In this document: positions 36,118 through 44,875 of the stretch, one piece after another
Layout: each line of letters begins with the position of its first letter
How positions within the stretch are numbered: position 1 is the stretch's first letter
DNA from: Escherichia phage 4MG
Reading direction: 5' to 3' (one strand)
DNA length: 64,000 nucleotides
Sequence record: NC_022968.1
The notes under the pieces: model-generated
Told to the model about the DNA's origin: nothing
The model's database searches: none
What the model saw: only the letters and a program-made list of their open reading frames with translations
Position numbers and translations under genes: made by a program

Positions 36118-36140
36118 AGAAAAGCCCCCGAAGGGGCTTG
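36118..36140 (-). terminator. rho-independent terminator after NAMPT-like gene
   Basis: hairpin AGCCCC-cgaa-GGGGCT followed by TTTT on minus strand. Confidence 0.6.
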
Positions 36141-36144
36141 TGGA

Positions 36145-37827
36145 TTACAGTTGAGCGGCTGCTCGTTCACGAATCGTTGTCAGGTCTTCATCGACAATCA
36201 GTTTGCCGTTGTAGAACACACGACGCAGTTCGTTATCGTCAGACTGTACATCTTCAAGCTGACAATTGTCAATCAGTTCTAGCTGACCAAACATATTGCG
36301 AACAACCTTCAGGAAACCTTTTGCAGACTTCTTACCGAGGTCAGTCTTAGGTTCTTTGACAACCATGATCTGCTGACCATCAATAACCGCACCAGTTGCC
36401 TTCACAGCCATACCCAGTGAATCGCGGGTTGTGTACTGGGTAGTAAAGGAACCAACACCGTACACGATATTGCTGGATGCAAAGCCTTTATCTTTCAGAC
36501 GTTCAAAGATGTCTTTTGCACGAGCAACAGTGATAGAGTCACCGTAGATCAGGCCAACATGACTATCCAGAACTTTGTAACCCTTGGAGTTAACTTCACC
36601 ACCAAAGATTTCCCACAGACACTGGATTGCACCTTTGACTTCATGGTCTTGCAGATCGGAAGGCTCAAGATCAAGGTAATCCGTATCTTCATCGAATTCG
36701 ATGTTGTAATACTTACCTTTGACTGATACAACTTCACCTTTCTCGCTTTCCCATGCTGCGTCTTTGGCTTCAGACAGCGTTTCGAAATCACCAATATAAC
36801 GATACCCCGCAATGATATGTTCCGGAATGCCTGAATCAGGACGGAACACAACACGACCGTCACGAGCCATGATTTCTTCTTTCAGAATCAGTGCTGCACG
36901 GGTAATAATCGCCCAGAAGTCATAGCTGTCTGCTACGTAGGAAACAAAACCTTTCGGGAAAATTTCCGTGATGTAGCGTTTCAGGAATTCAACTTCAGCC
37001 AGGAAACGCAGTTCATCCAGGGACAAATCAGGATTTTCAGTTTTCAGGCGACCGACGATAAAGCCAATGTTAGTTGTTGCAACACTGTGTTCTGATGCAG
37101 GAATAGAACCAGCAACGAACTTACCTTTCATGTTGTAATAACGGTTCGCATACAGAATCGCAGGAATGGTATCTGTACCCATTGAGTTGATCAGTTGACC
37201 AAACTCACTCTGTGCCGCGTCGTGAGTACCAGATTCACCGCGATAAGCGAAGCAGTGGTTCTGGAACGGAACATGCAGGTTGTTATCACAAGTTTCGGCA
37301 GCGTATGCTTCAGACAGTTTGCGATACTGCCAGAAGGTAGTTGCAGTTGTGATGGTTTTCCATGTCTCTGCGGAGATCACGCTTTCCAGGAAGTTCGGCA
37401 ACCAGTAAAAATCAGGGTGCGTGTTCTGAATGGTGAACAGCGGAACCTGTACCGGGGACAGAGTGCCTTCAGGAATCGAACGGATTTCCAGTGGCAGGTA
37501 ACCAAGGTCATGCAGCTTTTCAAAGCCCCAGGTTTCAACCATGTCCGGGCCGATGCTCAGTTCACAAATTTCTTTGTACTGTGCGATAGCCGCTTTCTTT
37601 TTCATTTTGAAAAAGTTTTCGTTGAACAGGTCGATCAGGAACCATTTGATGAAACCTTGCAAGCCAGCCATCATCACACGCTGATCGTTATCAGCGAAGT
37701 GAATGAAGTGCTTTGCATTGCGTGGTGTCATGTTGTCCTGAACAATTTCAGAACGTCGGTCATACATGGAGATGTGTGAAGGTTTGTAAAAGTCAGCGAA
37801 TACGAGTGGGCTTTCTTTATGCAGCAT
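36145..37827 (-). CDS. nicotinamide phosphoribosyltransferase family protein (560 aa)
   Basis: NAMPT-like sequence features across ORF by recall; adjacent to PRS-like gene. Confidence 0.7.
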   Translation of the reverse strand: MLHKESPLVFADFYKPSHISMYDRRSEIVQDNMTPRNAKHFIHFADNDQRVMMAGLQGFIKWFLIDLFNENFFKMKKKAAIAQYKEICELSIGPDMVETWGFEKLHDLGYLPLEIRSIPEGTLSPVQVPLFTIQNTHPDFYWLPNFLESVISAETWKTITTATTFWQYRKLSEAYAAETCDNNLHVPFQNHCFAYRGESGTHDAAQSEFGQLINSMGTDTIPAILYANRYYNMKGKFVAGSIPASEHSVATTNIGFIVGRLKTENPDLSLDELRFLAEVEFLKRYITEIFPKGFVSYVADSYDFWAIITRAALILKEEIMARDGRVVFRPDSGIPEHIIAGYRYIGDFETLSEAKDAAWESEKGEVVSVKGKYYNIEFDEDTDYLDLEPSDLQDHEVKGAIQCLWEIFGGEVNSKGYKVLDSHVGLIYGDSITVARAKDIFERLKDKGFASSNIVYGVGSFTTQYTTRDSLGMAVKATGAVIDGQQIMVVKEPKTDLGKKSAKGFLKVVRNMFGQLELIDNCQLEDVQSDDNELRRVFYNGKLIVDEDLTTIRERAAAQL

Positions 37828-37880
37828 GTTTTGTTTCTCCTTTGTGTGTTTTGATGGGGTGATTCTACACCCCGTTTCGT

Positions 37881-38414
37881 TTAGATGTCAAGTGAAAAAT
37901 CTAAAGATTTAGATTCTTCTGTTACAACCGTTGTTTCTTTAACCAGACGACAGCCTTTCACCTTGATTTCTTTGGCTGGTGACCACTTAGTCGCACGGAT
38001 ATAGAATGTGTTTGCACGAATAACCATGAACCGGGCTACATCTTCAGGTGGTTCCTCGTTAATAAAAATCGCAACACTTTCGTATGCAGGCCACTTCATA
38101 GGGTTTTCATCGGTAACATCGGAATGTATACCATTACCGTTGTTAGTGCGACCCGGTGTAGGCCAGATAGTACAAGGTCGATAGCAGGCGTGGTCATCAG
38201 GAACCTGAATAACGTGATTTTCTAACCACGAGCAAATTTTTTCCAGGTCAAAATCATAATGGTCTTCTTTCAGGTCTTCAATATCTGTACGATATTCAGC
38301 CCCAACACCACACTCACCGATTTGCCCGGTAATATGAGCGCACATGTCACGCTCAAAGTTTCCTGCGTATGAGTCAGTATCGACAACAAAAATAAAACGA
38401 GTTGATTCAGTCAT
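37881..38414 (-). CDS. hypothetical protein (177 aa) between NAMPT-like and PRS-like genes
   Basis: ORF track; Cys/His-containing, no family recognised. Confidence 0.45.
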   Translation of the reverse strand: MTESTRFIFVVDTDSYAGNFERDMCAHITGQIGECGVGAEYRTDIEDLKEDHYDFDLEKICSWLENHVIQVPDDHACYRPCTIWPTPGRTNNGNGIHSDVTDENPMKWPAYESVAIFINEEPPEDVARFMVIRANTFYIRATKWSPAKEIKVKGCRLVKETTVVTEESKSLDFSLDI

Positions 38415-39214
38415 TAAAAATTCTCCGTCCAGTCATGGTATGCGTAGATTTCATCAACCCCGCCATCGAGGATGATTTGTTTCCCGAATGAGAAAATGCC
38501 GTGCGTAACGTAAAGGATAACACGTTTTGCACCATTCTCTTTCAGGGCTTTAGCCAGGGCGATGAAGGTACGACCACCATCACAGATATCATCGACGACA
38601 ACGCATTCGCGTCCTTCAACATCACCAAAGATTGCTGTCCCCGTAATTTCGTTTGTTTTCAGGTCACGAACCTTACCAGCTTCAACCAGAGGGAGTCGCA
38701 TACGGTCGGCAACCTTCTGTGCCTTCTTGCGAGCGCCTGCGTCTGGTGCAACAATGGTCACATCTTTCCCGGCAAGTTGATCATGGAATTCTGCAACAAG
38801 AATCTCTTGTCCACGAATCTGAACATTGTCCAGCAGTGCAGCAGAAACATCACTGTGTGGGTCATCAACAATCACTTTGTCGAAGCCAAGCGAGTTGACG
38901 AGGTTTGCAAAAACCTTGATAGATAGTGACTGTCCAGGTTGCATCACGCGATCCTGACGGGCATACGGGATGTATGGCAGGTGCAGGGTAAACTCAGCAT
39001 GGTTATGCAGCCCTTCAAGACGGGAACATGCATCCACCAACATAGCTAATGCCATGACATCGGTGGAGTTTTTGATTTTTGCAGTGATATCGACGAAACC
39101 AATACCGCCTTTTGGGGCATGTTTCAGATCAATCTCAACCTGTTCCTCACCACCCTTGAAGGTGAAGTGGTTAACAGGCACTTCCAGTTTGTTCAAGCGT
39201 AATTCAATACTCAT
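38414..39214 (-). CDS. ribose-phosphate pyrophosphokinase family protein (266 aa)
   Basis: PRPP-binding motif CVVVDDICDGGRT; shorter than typical bacterial Prs. Confidence 0.7.
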   Translation of the reverse strand: MSIELRLNKLEVPVNHFTFKGGEEQVEIDLKHAPKGGIGFVDITAKIKNSTDVMALAMLVDACSRLEGLHNHAEFTLHLPYIPYARQDRVMQPGQSLSIKVFANLVNSLGFDKVIVDDPHSDVSAALLDNVQIRGQEILVAEFHDQLAGKDVTIVAPDAGARKKAQKVADRMRLPLVEAGKVRDLKTNEITGTAIFGDVEGRECVVVDDICDGGRTFIALAKALKENGAKRVILYVTHGIFSFGKQIILDGGVDEIYAYHDWTENF

Positions 39215-39215
39215 T

Positions 39216-39533
39216 TTATTTCTCCTCTATCCAATCGTGAATTTCGTAAACCGTTTTGTTGTGGCCCATATTGGTGCGTGTTGTATCCTTTGTCAACCAT
39301 TTTATTTTCTCAAGGTTACCCACACACCGGGCAACAGTCGCCCTCGATAATCCTGTGGCATCAGCGATACTATCAAGTGACTCATGGTAAGTTTTCCGGA
39401 GAGACTTGAAGTAATGATACTGATGACGCATGTAGAGGTACACAATCTTGTCGTTGGACGAGGCGCAGGTCACCGACAGCAACTTCAGTTCGAAGTTACC
39501 GTAGATGTGCTTACCTGACGCGATGTACCCCAT
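39216..39533 (-). CDS. helix-turn-helix DNA-binding regulator (105 aa)
   Basis: HTH segment LDSIADATGLSRATVARCVGNLEKIKWL; first minus-strand gene next to divergent control region. Confidence 0.5.
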   Translation of the reverse strand: MGYIASGKHIYGNFELKLLSVTCASSNDKIVYLYMRHQYHYFKSLRKTYHESLDSIADATGLSRATVARCVGNLEKIKWLTKDTTRTNMGHNKTVYEIHDWIEEK

Positions 39534-39539
39534 GTCTCT

Positions 39540-39805
39540 CCTCCATAGCCTATACTCAAATTGACACTAAGCCTAGTCTCAAATTGATAACAGAAATAAA
39601 TACTATATAAAATAAATAAAACAATACTCTTTTAAAAAACAATAAAACATAAGATCTAAAAACAAGATCTTTTAGTATGATCTATATATTCTACTATCAA
39701 AGAGTCGCTGACTCGATGGAACGCAGTATGAATGAACAAAAATGTGCTGTCAAGTGGTTGACTTGAGATTTTGTTCATGTAGAATGCTCGTATTGTTAAA
39801 GGAGA
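39540..39805. promoter_or_regulatory. AT-rich divergent control region with direct repeats and palindromes
   Basis: direct repeat CTCAAATTGA(C/T)A twice, two AAGATCT palindromes, sigma70-like promoter at 39758..39785. Confidence 0.5.
39758..39785 (+). promoter_or_regulatory. sigma70-like early promoter (TTGACT, 16 nt spacer, TAGAAT)
   Basis: -35 39758..39763, -10 39780..39785, upstream of RBS AAAGGAGA and ATG 39812. Confidence 0.55.
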
Positions 39806-39811
39806 TTGTTA

Positions 39812-40135
39812 ATGTTGTCAAGTAAACAAACAAAAGATATTGGTGATATGGTATGTGGAAAACCTCGTCGTAAACCTGAACAGACTGACGAGGAGAAGTC
39901 AAGACTTATGTTAATTCGTGATGTTTTTCATGAAACAATGAAAGAACAAAATGTGTGTGTTGTGTTACCAGATGGTAAGTCCGAGCAGGAAGTGTTCGGA
40001 GATTACCTCACGTCATTGCGTGGTCGATTAAGACGTAGAAATGTGACTGTGGTGTGGTATAAAGACTTGACAGTGGAACACATCGAGAGTAATAATTGTG
40101 TGGTGGATCTCAGTGAGATTCGTATAACGCTCTAG
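39812..40135 (+). CDS. hypothetical early protein (107 aa)
   Basis: ATG 39812 after strong RBS. Confidence 0.45.
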   Translation: MLSSKQTKDIGDMVCGKPRRKPEQTDEEKSRLMLIRDVFHETMKEQNVCVVLPDGKSEQEVFGDYLTSLRGRLRRRNVTVVWYKDLTVEHIESNNCVVDLSEIRITL

Positions 40136-40252
40136 GAAGCGTTGTAAGACGTTTTTATTGTGTGGTAGTACACTTGGGTTACCAACACCTGTTTAATTCA
40201 ATACAGGGCCGCTCAGAGGCTCTGAGGGCTATTGTGGAGGGTTAATTTGGAT

Positions 40253-40522
40253 ATGAAAAGCATTAGCAGTGAAAACTCCATCTACAAAGATGCGTATGAC
40301 GCTTTGGTGGGGTTCATGAAAGCTGCTGAGAAGCGGTATGGTGTGAAACTATACCTTGACAGCAAGGTTGACTGGGGTAAGACATGGATGGACTCCAGTG
40401 TGTACATTCATGGTGATCGCCATGTGGTTAATTTGGTGTGCATGAAACTGATTGTGTGGCAACACCAACAGAAGATTCTGGACGGTATTCTGTACGCTTA
40501 CCCGGCATCGGAGATGAAATGA
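40253..40522 (+). CDS. hypothetical protein (89 aa)
   Basis: ORF track 40232..40522; ATG 40253 after GGAGGG. Confidence 0.4.
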   Translation: MKSISSENSIYKDAYDALVGFMKAAEKRYGVKLYLDSKVDWGKTWMDSSVYIHGDRHVVNLVCMKLIVWQHQQKILDGILYAYPASEMK

Positions 40523-40803
40523 AAAAGGATATCAAGAAACCAGTTCGTGAGAAGTTCGATACCGAGGCGTTTGTGTTCACAACCGATATTGGTGTGATCA
40601 AAGAGGCGCTTCAGCGACTACATGACCAGGAGGCAGATCCTGAAGCAGAACCACTGACCAAAGACCAGATCTACTGGATGGGTTGGTGGGAGCTTAACAT
40701 GCCGGAGGTTGATCGTCGTAAGATCGAAAAGGTACTCACCTGCGCTAAAGAGAATGCGGCCTTGGGCCTGTATAAGAAAACCACAAAGAGGAAGAAAAAA
40801 TGA
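40519..40803 (+). CDS. hypothetical protein (94 aa)
   Basis: ATGA start/stop overlap, RBS GGAG. Confidence 0.4.
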   Translation: MKKDIKKPVREKFDTEAFVFTTDIGVIKEALQRLHDQEADPEAEPLTKDQIYWMGWWELNMPEVDRRKIEKVLTCAKENAALGLYKKTTKRKKK

Positions 40804-41039
40804 GCAGACTTTCAAAGCTTCACAGACGAAAGAACATGCTGAAAGAAAAGCAGAAAAATATCACCGCAACTTTCCAAGTGTGCCGTGAAGCTATGAAGGC
40901 AAATCTGATAACGCCTTCACAGAGGCAGATTATCCGTGATATACTCCGGCCTGTGCTGCACGACCTGGAGGGCGAGGTTCGTGATGTTTTATGCCACATT
41001 CAAGAAGAACTTGAAAAATTAAATCAGGAGAATACATGA
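40800..41039 (+). CDS. hypothetical protein (79 aa)
   Basis: ATGA overlap with upstream gene. Confidence 0.4.
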   Translation: MSRLSKLHRRKNMLKEKQKNITATFQVCREAMKANLITPSQRQIIRDILRPVLHDLEGEVRDVLCHIQEELEKLNQENT

Positions 41040-41629
41040 TCGACCACGTTACATCAGACACGCATTGGTGGCACACCAATATTCTGGGTTTTCCCTCGTG
41101 TGATAAATTCCGGAAAAACCTGTACGGTCCAAAGGAAGTCCGTGAAAGTCTGTATGCCATGAATGCTGGCATGATTGAAATCTGGAATAAGCACGTCAAA
41201 CCAGATGATGTCGTAGCACACCTCGGTGATTTCGTGATTGCTTACGGACGCTACATGGAGCCTCGCGTTCGTGACATCTTGGAAAAGATCAACGGAAAGA
41301 TCATTCTGGTTGGTGGAAACCATGACAACCGAGATACGAAACGTATCTTCCGTGAGTTTGGTCACGAAGTTGTTGATTATAAAGAGATTAACTTCAGCAC
41401 TGGAAAAGAGAAGGTGCATGTGTGTATGTCTCACTATCCGTTTGCATCGTGGAATAAAGCTCACCACGGGTCAGTTATGCTGCACGGTCATAGCCACGGC
41501 TCCTATACAGCCCCTGGTGGACGTATTCTGGATGTGGGTTGGGATGTACATGGTCGTCCTCTGACGATGCGTGAAGCCGTCCTGATGTGCCTTGAAAAAC
41601 CAATTTACACTGCTGATCACGGAGAATAA
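41036..41629 (+). CDS. calcineurin-like metallophosphoesterase (197 aa)
   Basis: motifs HLGDF, GGNHD, HGHSH typical of Ser/Thr phosphatase-type phosphoesterases. Confidence 0.65.
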   Translation: MIDHVTSDTHWWHTNILGFPSCDKFRKNLYGPKEVRESLYAMNAGMIEIWNKHVKPDDVVAHLGDFVIAYGRYMEPRVRDILEKINGKIILVGGNHDNRDTKRIFREFGHEVVDYKEINFSTGKEKVHVCMSHYPFASWNKAHHGSVMLHGHSHGSYTAPGGRILDVGWDVHGRPLTMREAVLMCLEKPIYTADHGE

Positions 41630-41630
41630 T

Positions 41631-41987
41631 ATGCACAACAAAGTACGTAATTTCTTACCTAAGAAAACATCTAAGTCTTTTTATGCTACGATACACATTG
41701 CTGGGGATCTGGAATCAGCAAGACCATTGCTCCGTCAATGGACTATGCGTGGTGCTTGTGTACAACTAGTCGGGTGTGATTACATCTACACTGGCGGCTC
41801 TGAACGGGGTATGACAGTTCGCATCATGCAGTATCCTCGTTTTGAACGACCGGAGCACGAGATCCTTGAAATGGCGGTTGAACTTGCTAACTTTTTAGCT
41901 CAGGAACTCTGCCAGATCAGTTTCAGCATTGAAACTCCTTACAATACAACGTATTACCAAGCAGAAGGTTACGAAAAGCGATCATGA
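41631..41987 (+). CDS. hypothetical protein (118 aa)
   Basis: ATG 41631 after RBS GGAGA. Confidence 0.4.
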   Translation: MHNKVRNFLPKKTSKSFYATIHIAGDLESARPLLRQWTMRGACVQLVGCDYIYTGGSERGMTVRIMQYPRFERPEHEILEMAVELANFLAQELCQISFSIETPYNTTYYQAEGYEKRS

Positions 41988-42187
41988 AAATTCACAACAT
42001 AACCAAGGACAGGATTCATTTCATAATGGATTCAGGGGCTTACGGTTCAATTTCAAAGGTGGATGCCATGAAGTTTCTGTATGCTTCAAATATTCCTCAG
42101 GCAAAGCTTGACTCCCGTTCAGGAGAGTGTATTATTGACTCTATTACGAATACACAAGAACTGTGGGAGATATATCATGAAATTTAA
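41984..42187 (+). CDS. hypothetical protein (67 aa)
   Basis: ATGA overlap. Confidence 0.35.
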   Translation: MKIHNITKDRIHFIMDSGAYGSISKVDAMKFLYASNIPQAKLDSRSGECIIDSITNTQELWEIYHEI

Positions 42188-43097
42188 CGTAGATGATCTG
42201 GTTGCTAAAAAGCTGGTAACCAAAAAGACTTACACCGAAGGCCCGTTCGCGGGTCTGTCTGTACTGAAATATAAGAACAATGTGTTCTGGGATAACCTGT
42301 GGCACACAGATGCGCGTCTGCTTGAGTGCCGTGGCATGGTTGTTGATGCAGAGGACAACGTTGTTATCTGGCCTTTCACGAAGATTTTCAATCGCTTCGA
42401 GAACAACACTGATGTCCCACAGGACAAGTTGGTGTGCGTACCTCGTAAAGTCAATGGCTTTATGGCAGCAATGAGTGTTTACAATGGTGAAGTAATTGTG
42501 TCTACCACAGGAACACTTGATTCTGAGTTTGCACAAATGGCAAAAGATAAGATCACTGGTTCCATGCCTGAAGGGATGCTTGACTATTTCGTGAAGAATG
42601 CTGGACCTTGCACACTTATCTTTGAAATATGTGATGAGAGTGATCCCCACATTGTCGCAGAAGAAGCGGGTGCTTATCTGATTGGTTGCCGGGTCCACTT
42701 AAGTGGTGGTATGCTTCCAGAGTGGGACCTTGATAGAGTTGCAAATCGTTATGGTTGGAAACGTGCTGACTGGGACAACATGATCTTCAGCGATGTTGTT
42801 AAGGCTTCCAAGTCAGTTAATCATGAAGGTTTTGTTGTTCGTGATGTTGACACCAATGAGCTACTGCTGAAAATTAAGTCTCCACATTACCTGGCGAAGA
42901 AGTTCCTGATGCGTGGTAGCCAGAACAAGTGGGACCTGATTTGGGACAACCCGAAAGAAGCCAAAAAACGTATCGACGAAGAGTTCTACGAACTTCTTGA
43001 CTGGCTGCGCTGGGCTTACGAAAAAGATGAGTGGGCGGCTAAGGACTCTCAGTATCGTCGTATGATTATTGAAAAATATTTTGAGGATCGCAAATGA
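42177..43097 (+). CDS. ATP-dependent ligase-like nucleotidyltransferase, putative RNA ligase (306 aa)
   Basis: covalent nucleotidyltransferase motifs I KVNG, IV EGFVVR, V LLKIK; start ATG 42177 within ORF 42081..43097. Confidence 0.5.
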   Translation: MKFNVDDLVAKKLVTKKTYTEGPFAGLSVLKYKNNVFWDNLWHTDARLLECRGMVVDAEDNVVIWPFTKIFNRFENNTDVPQDKLVCVPRKVNGFMAAMSVYNGEVIVSTTGTLDSEFAQMAKDKITGSMPEGMLDYFVKNAGPCTLIFEICDESDPHIVAEEAGAYLIGCRVHLSGGMLPEWDLDRVANRYGWKRADWDNMIFSDVVKASKSVNHEGFVVRDVDTNELLLKIKSPHYLAKKFLMRGSQNKWDLIWDNPKEAKKRIDEEFYELLDWLRWAYEKDEWAAKDSQYRRMIIEKYFEDRK

Positions 43098-43330
43098 CAC
43101 TCATGTCAATCAAGAACAAACTTGACCGGGCTGTTTCCATAATTACCAGACTTATCATTGGGTTATCTGTGTTTATCTTCTTATTTGCACTGATAATCTT
43201 TGTGAATTGGGTTATCGAAACTCTGGGTGGTAAAGTAATATTCGGTGGAATTCTGCTCATCATTGCGGTGATTGGCTGTTATGGTGTTGGATGTTCCATC
43301 TACCCACACAAAGAAAAGGGTGAAAAATGA
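43094..43330 (+). CDS. small membrane protein (78 aa)
   Basis: two hydrophobic helices. Confidence 0.4.
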   Translation: MTLMSIKNKLDRAVSIITRLIIGLSVFIFLFALIIFVNWVIETLGGKVIFGGILLIIAVIGCYGVGCSIYPHKEKGEK

Positions 43331-43671
43331 TCATCTGGCTTGATGACTTGAGAGACCCAAAAGACTACGGGTATCCTGATGCCTTGTGGTTCAAGACCTC
43401 TCAGAAGTTTATGGATTTTCTTGATAATCGGTCAAAGTTCTATCGTTATGTCACAGAGTGGCATTTTGATAATGACCTAGGTGAAGATTCAGAAAAGGAG
43501 GGCTATGACTGCCTACTGGCCTTGGAAGAGAAGCTTGTGTATGGGAAACTTCCTGTGCATGATGCTAAACTCTATGTCCATACGTCTAACCCTTCTGCGG
43601 CACAAAAGTTCATGCTTGCAAAAGAGAGCTTCTTGAAGTATCGTATCACGATCTTAAGAAACAATTACTGA
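43327..43671 (+). CDS. hypothetical protein (114 aa)
   Basis: ORF track, ATGA overlap. Confidence 0.4.
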   Translation: MIIWLDDLRDPKDYGYPDALWFKTSQKFMDFLDNRSKFYRYVTEWHFDNDLGEDSEKEGYDCLLALEEKLVYGKLPVHDAKLYVHTSNPSAAQKFMLAKESFLKYRITILRNNY

Positions 43672-43680
43672 GGAGAAGAG

Positions 43681-44088
43681 ATGGAAAAGACTCTGATCAT
43701 CCTGCGTGGTGTGTCTGGTGCTGGTAAGTCTACAGTAGCAGATATGCTGGCAGAGGATTTGTGGCCTGTCTATGAAGCAGATAAATTCCACTACACAGAA
43801 GATGGCGTGTACGACTGGAAACCTGAAAACATGCAGGCTGCACACGCATGGTGTCAGTCAGAGGTCAAAGATATGATGGGGTGGAATATCAGCAGGATCA
43901 TCGTATCTAACACCTCTACCAGTGAAAAAGAACTGAAGCCGTATCTTGATCTCGCAGCGGAGAACGGGTATCGTGTCATCAGCTTGGTGGTAGAAAACCG
44001 TCATGGCAATGACTCCATTCACAGCGTTCCGCAGGAAACCCGCGATGCTCAAGAGCGTCGTCTGCGTAACTCATTGAAATTACAGTAA
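43681..44088 (+). CDS. P-loop kinase, polynucleotide-kinase-like (135 aa)
   Basis: Walker A GVSGAGKST at N-terminus; small AAA-kinase architecture. Confidence 0.55.
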   Translation: MEKTLIILRGVSGAGKSTVADMLAEDLWPVYEADKFHYTEDGVYDWKPENMQAAHAWCQSEVKDMMGWNISRIIVSNTSTSEKELKPYLDLAAENGYRVISLVVENRHGNDSIHSVPQETRDAQERRLRNSLKLQ

Positions 44089-44098
44089 GGGGAAACAA

Positions 44099-44875
44099 TT
44101 GAGGCGTTTAATTGTTATTAGTGGTGCAGGCTTCTCTGCTGAAAGCGGTGTTCGTACATTCCGTACTGATACAGACTCCGGAAAGGCTTTGTGGGATGAG
44201 TACGACCTTGAAGAGGTCTGTAATATCCATGCTTTCCGTGGTAATTTCTATCACAAAACGCACATGTTTTATAACAAGCGTCGTGTAGAACTGCAAACTG
44301 TGCATCCGAATGCTGCACATATGCGTGTTGCTGAGTGGTATAAAAACTACCCAAAACAGGTTGTTAATCTGACGACAAACGTAGATGACCTGCTGGAACG
44401 TGCTGGTGTTCCTAAGGAAGATACTCTGTATATCCACGGATATCTGAAAGAACTTCGGTATAAACTTCACGAAGATTCTGAAGAGCAGTTAGTTGACATT
44501 GGTTACAATGAAGTAGATCCTGATGAATTTCACTGGTGCAAACCAAATGTGGTCTTCTTTGGTGAGGCTGCTCCAGCATATAACGACCTATACTCAACCC
44601 TAGATAGCCTGACATCTGAAGACATGGTGATTGTTGTTGGATGCTCAAACACAGTTATCAACTTCAACTGGGAGCTTTTCCCAGCATCAAGGATGGGTAC
44701 TAAGATTGTTGTGGTTAACCCTAATGTTCGCTACGATGAACAGTTGATGTACGAAGACGCTGGTGTTGTTGTATACCGAACTGGTGCTGTAGATGCGTTC
44801 AGCAACCCTGGTCTCATCAAAATGGTTGAGGATCACCTTGAAGGTAAAACCTCATTGCAGAAGAAGGAGAAATAA
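44099..44875 (+). CDS. Sir2-family (sirtuin-like) NAD-binding protein (258 aa)
   Basis: motifs GAGFSAESGVRTFR, TTNVDDL, YIHG, VVFFGE; canonical Zn-binding Cys pairs not evident; TTG start. Confidence 0.6.
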   Translation: MRRLIVISGAGFSAESGVRTFRTDTDSGKALWDEYDLEEVCNIHAFRGNFYHKTHMFYNKRRVELQTVHPNAAHMRVAEWYKNYPKQVVNLTTNVDDLLERAGVPKEDTLYIHGYLKELRYKLHEDSEEQLVDIGYNEVDPDEFHWCKPNVVFFGEAAPAYNDLYSTLDSLTSEDMVIVVGCSNTVINFNWELFPASRMGTKIVVVNPNVRYDEQLMYEDAGVVVYRTGAVDAFSNPGLIKMVEDHLEGKTSLQKKEK

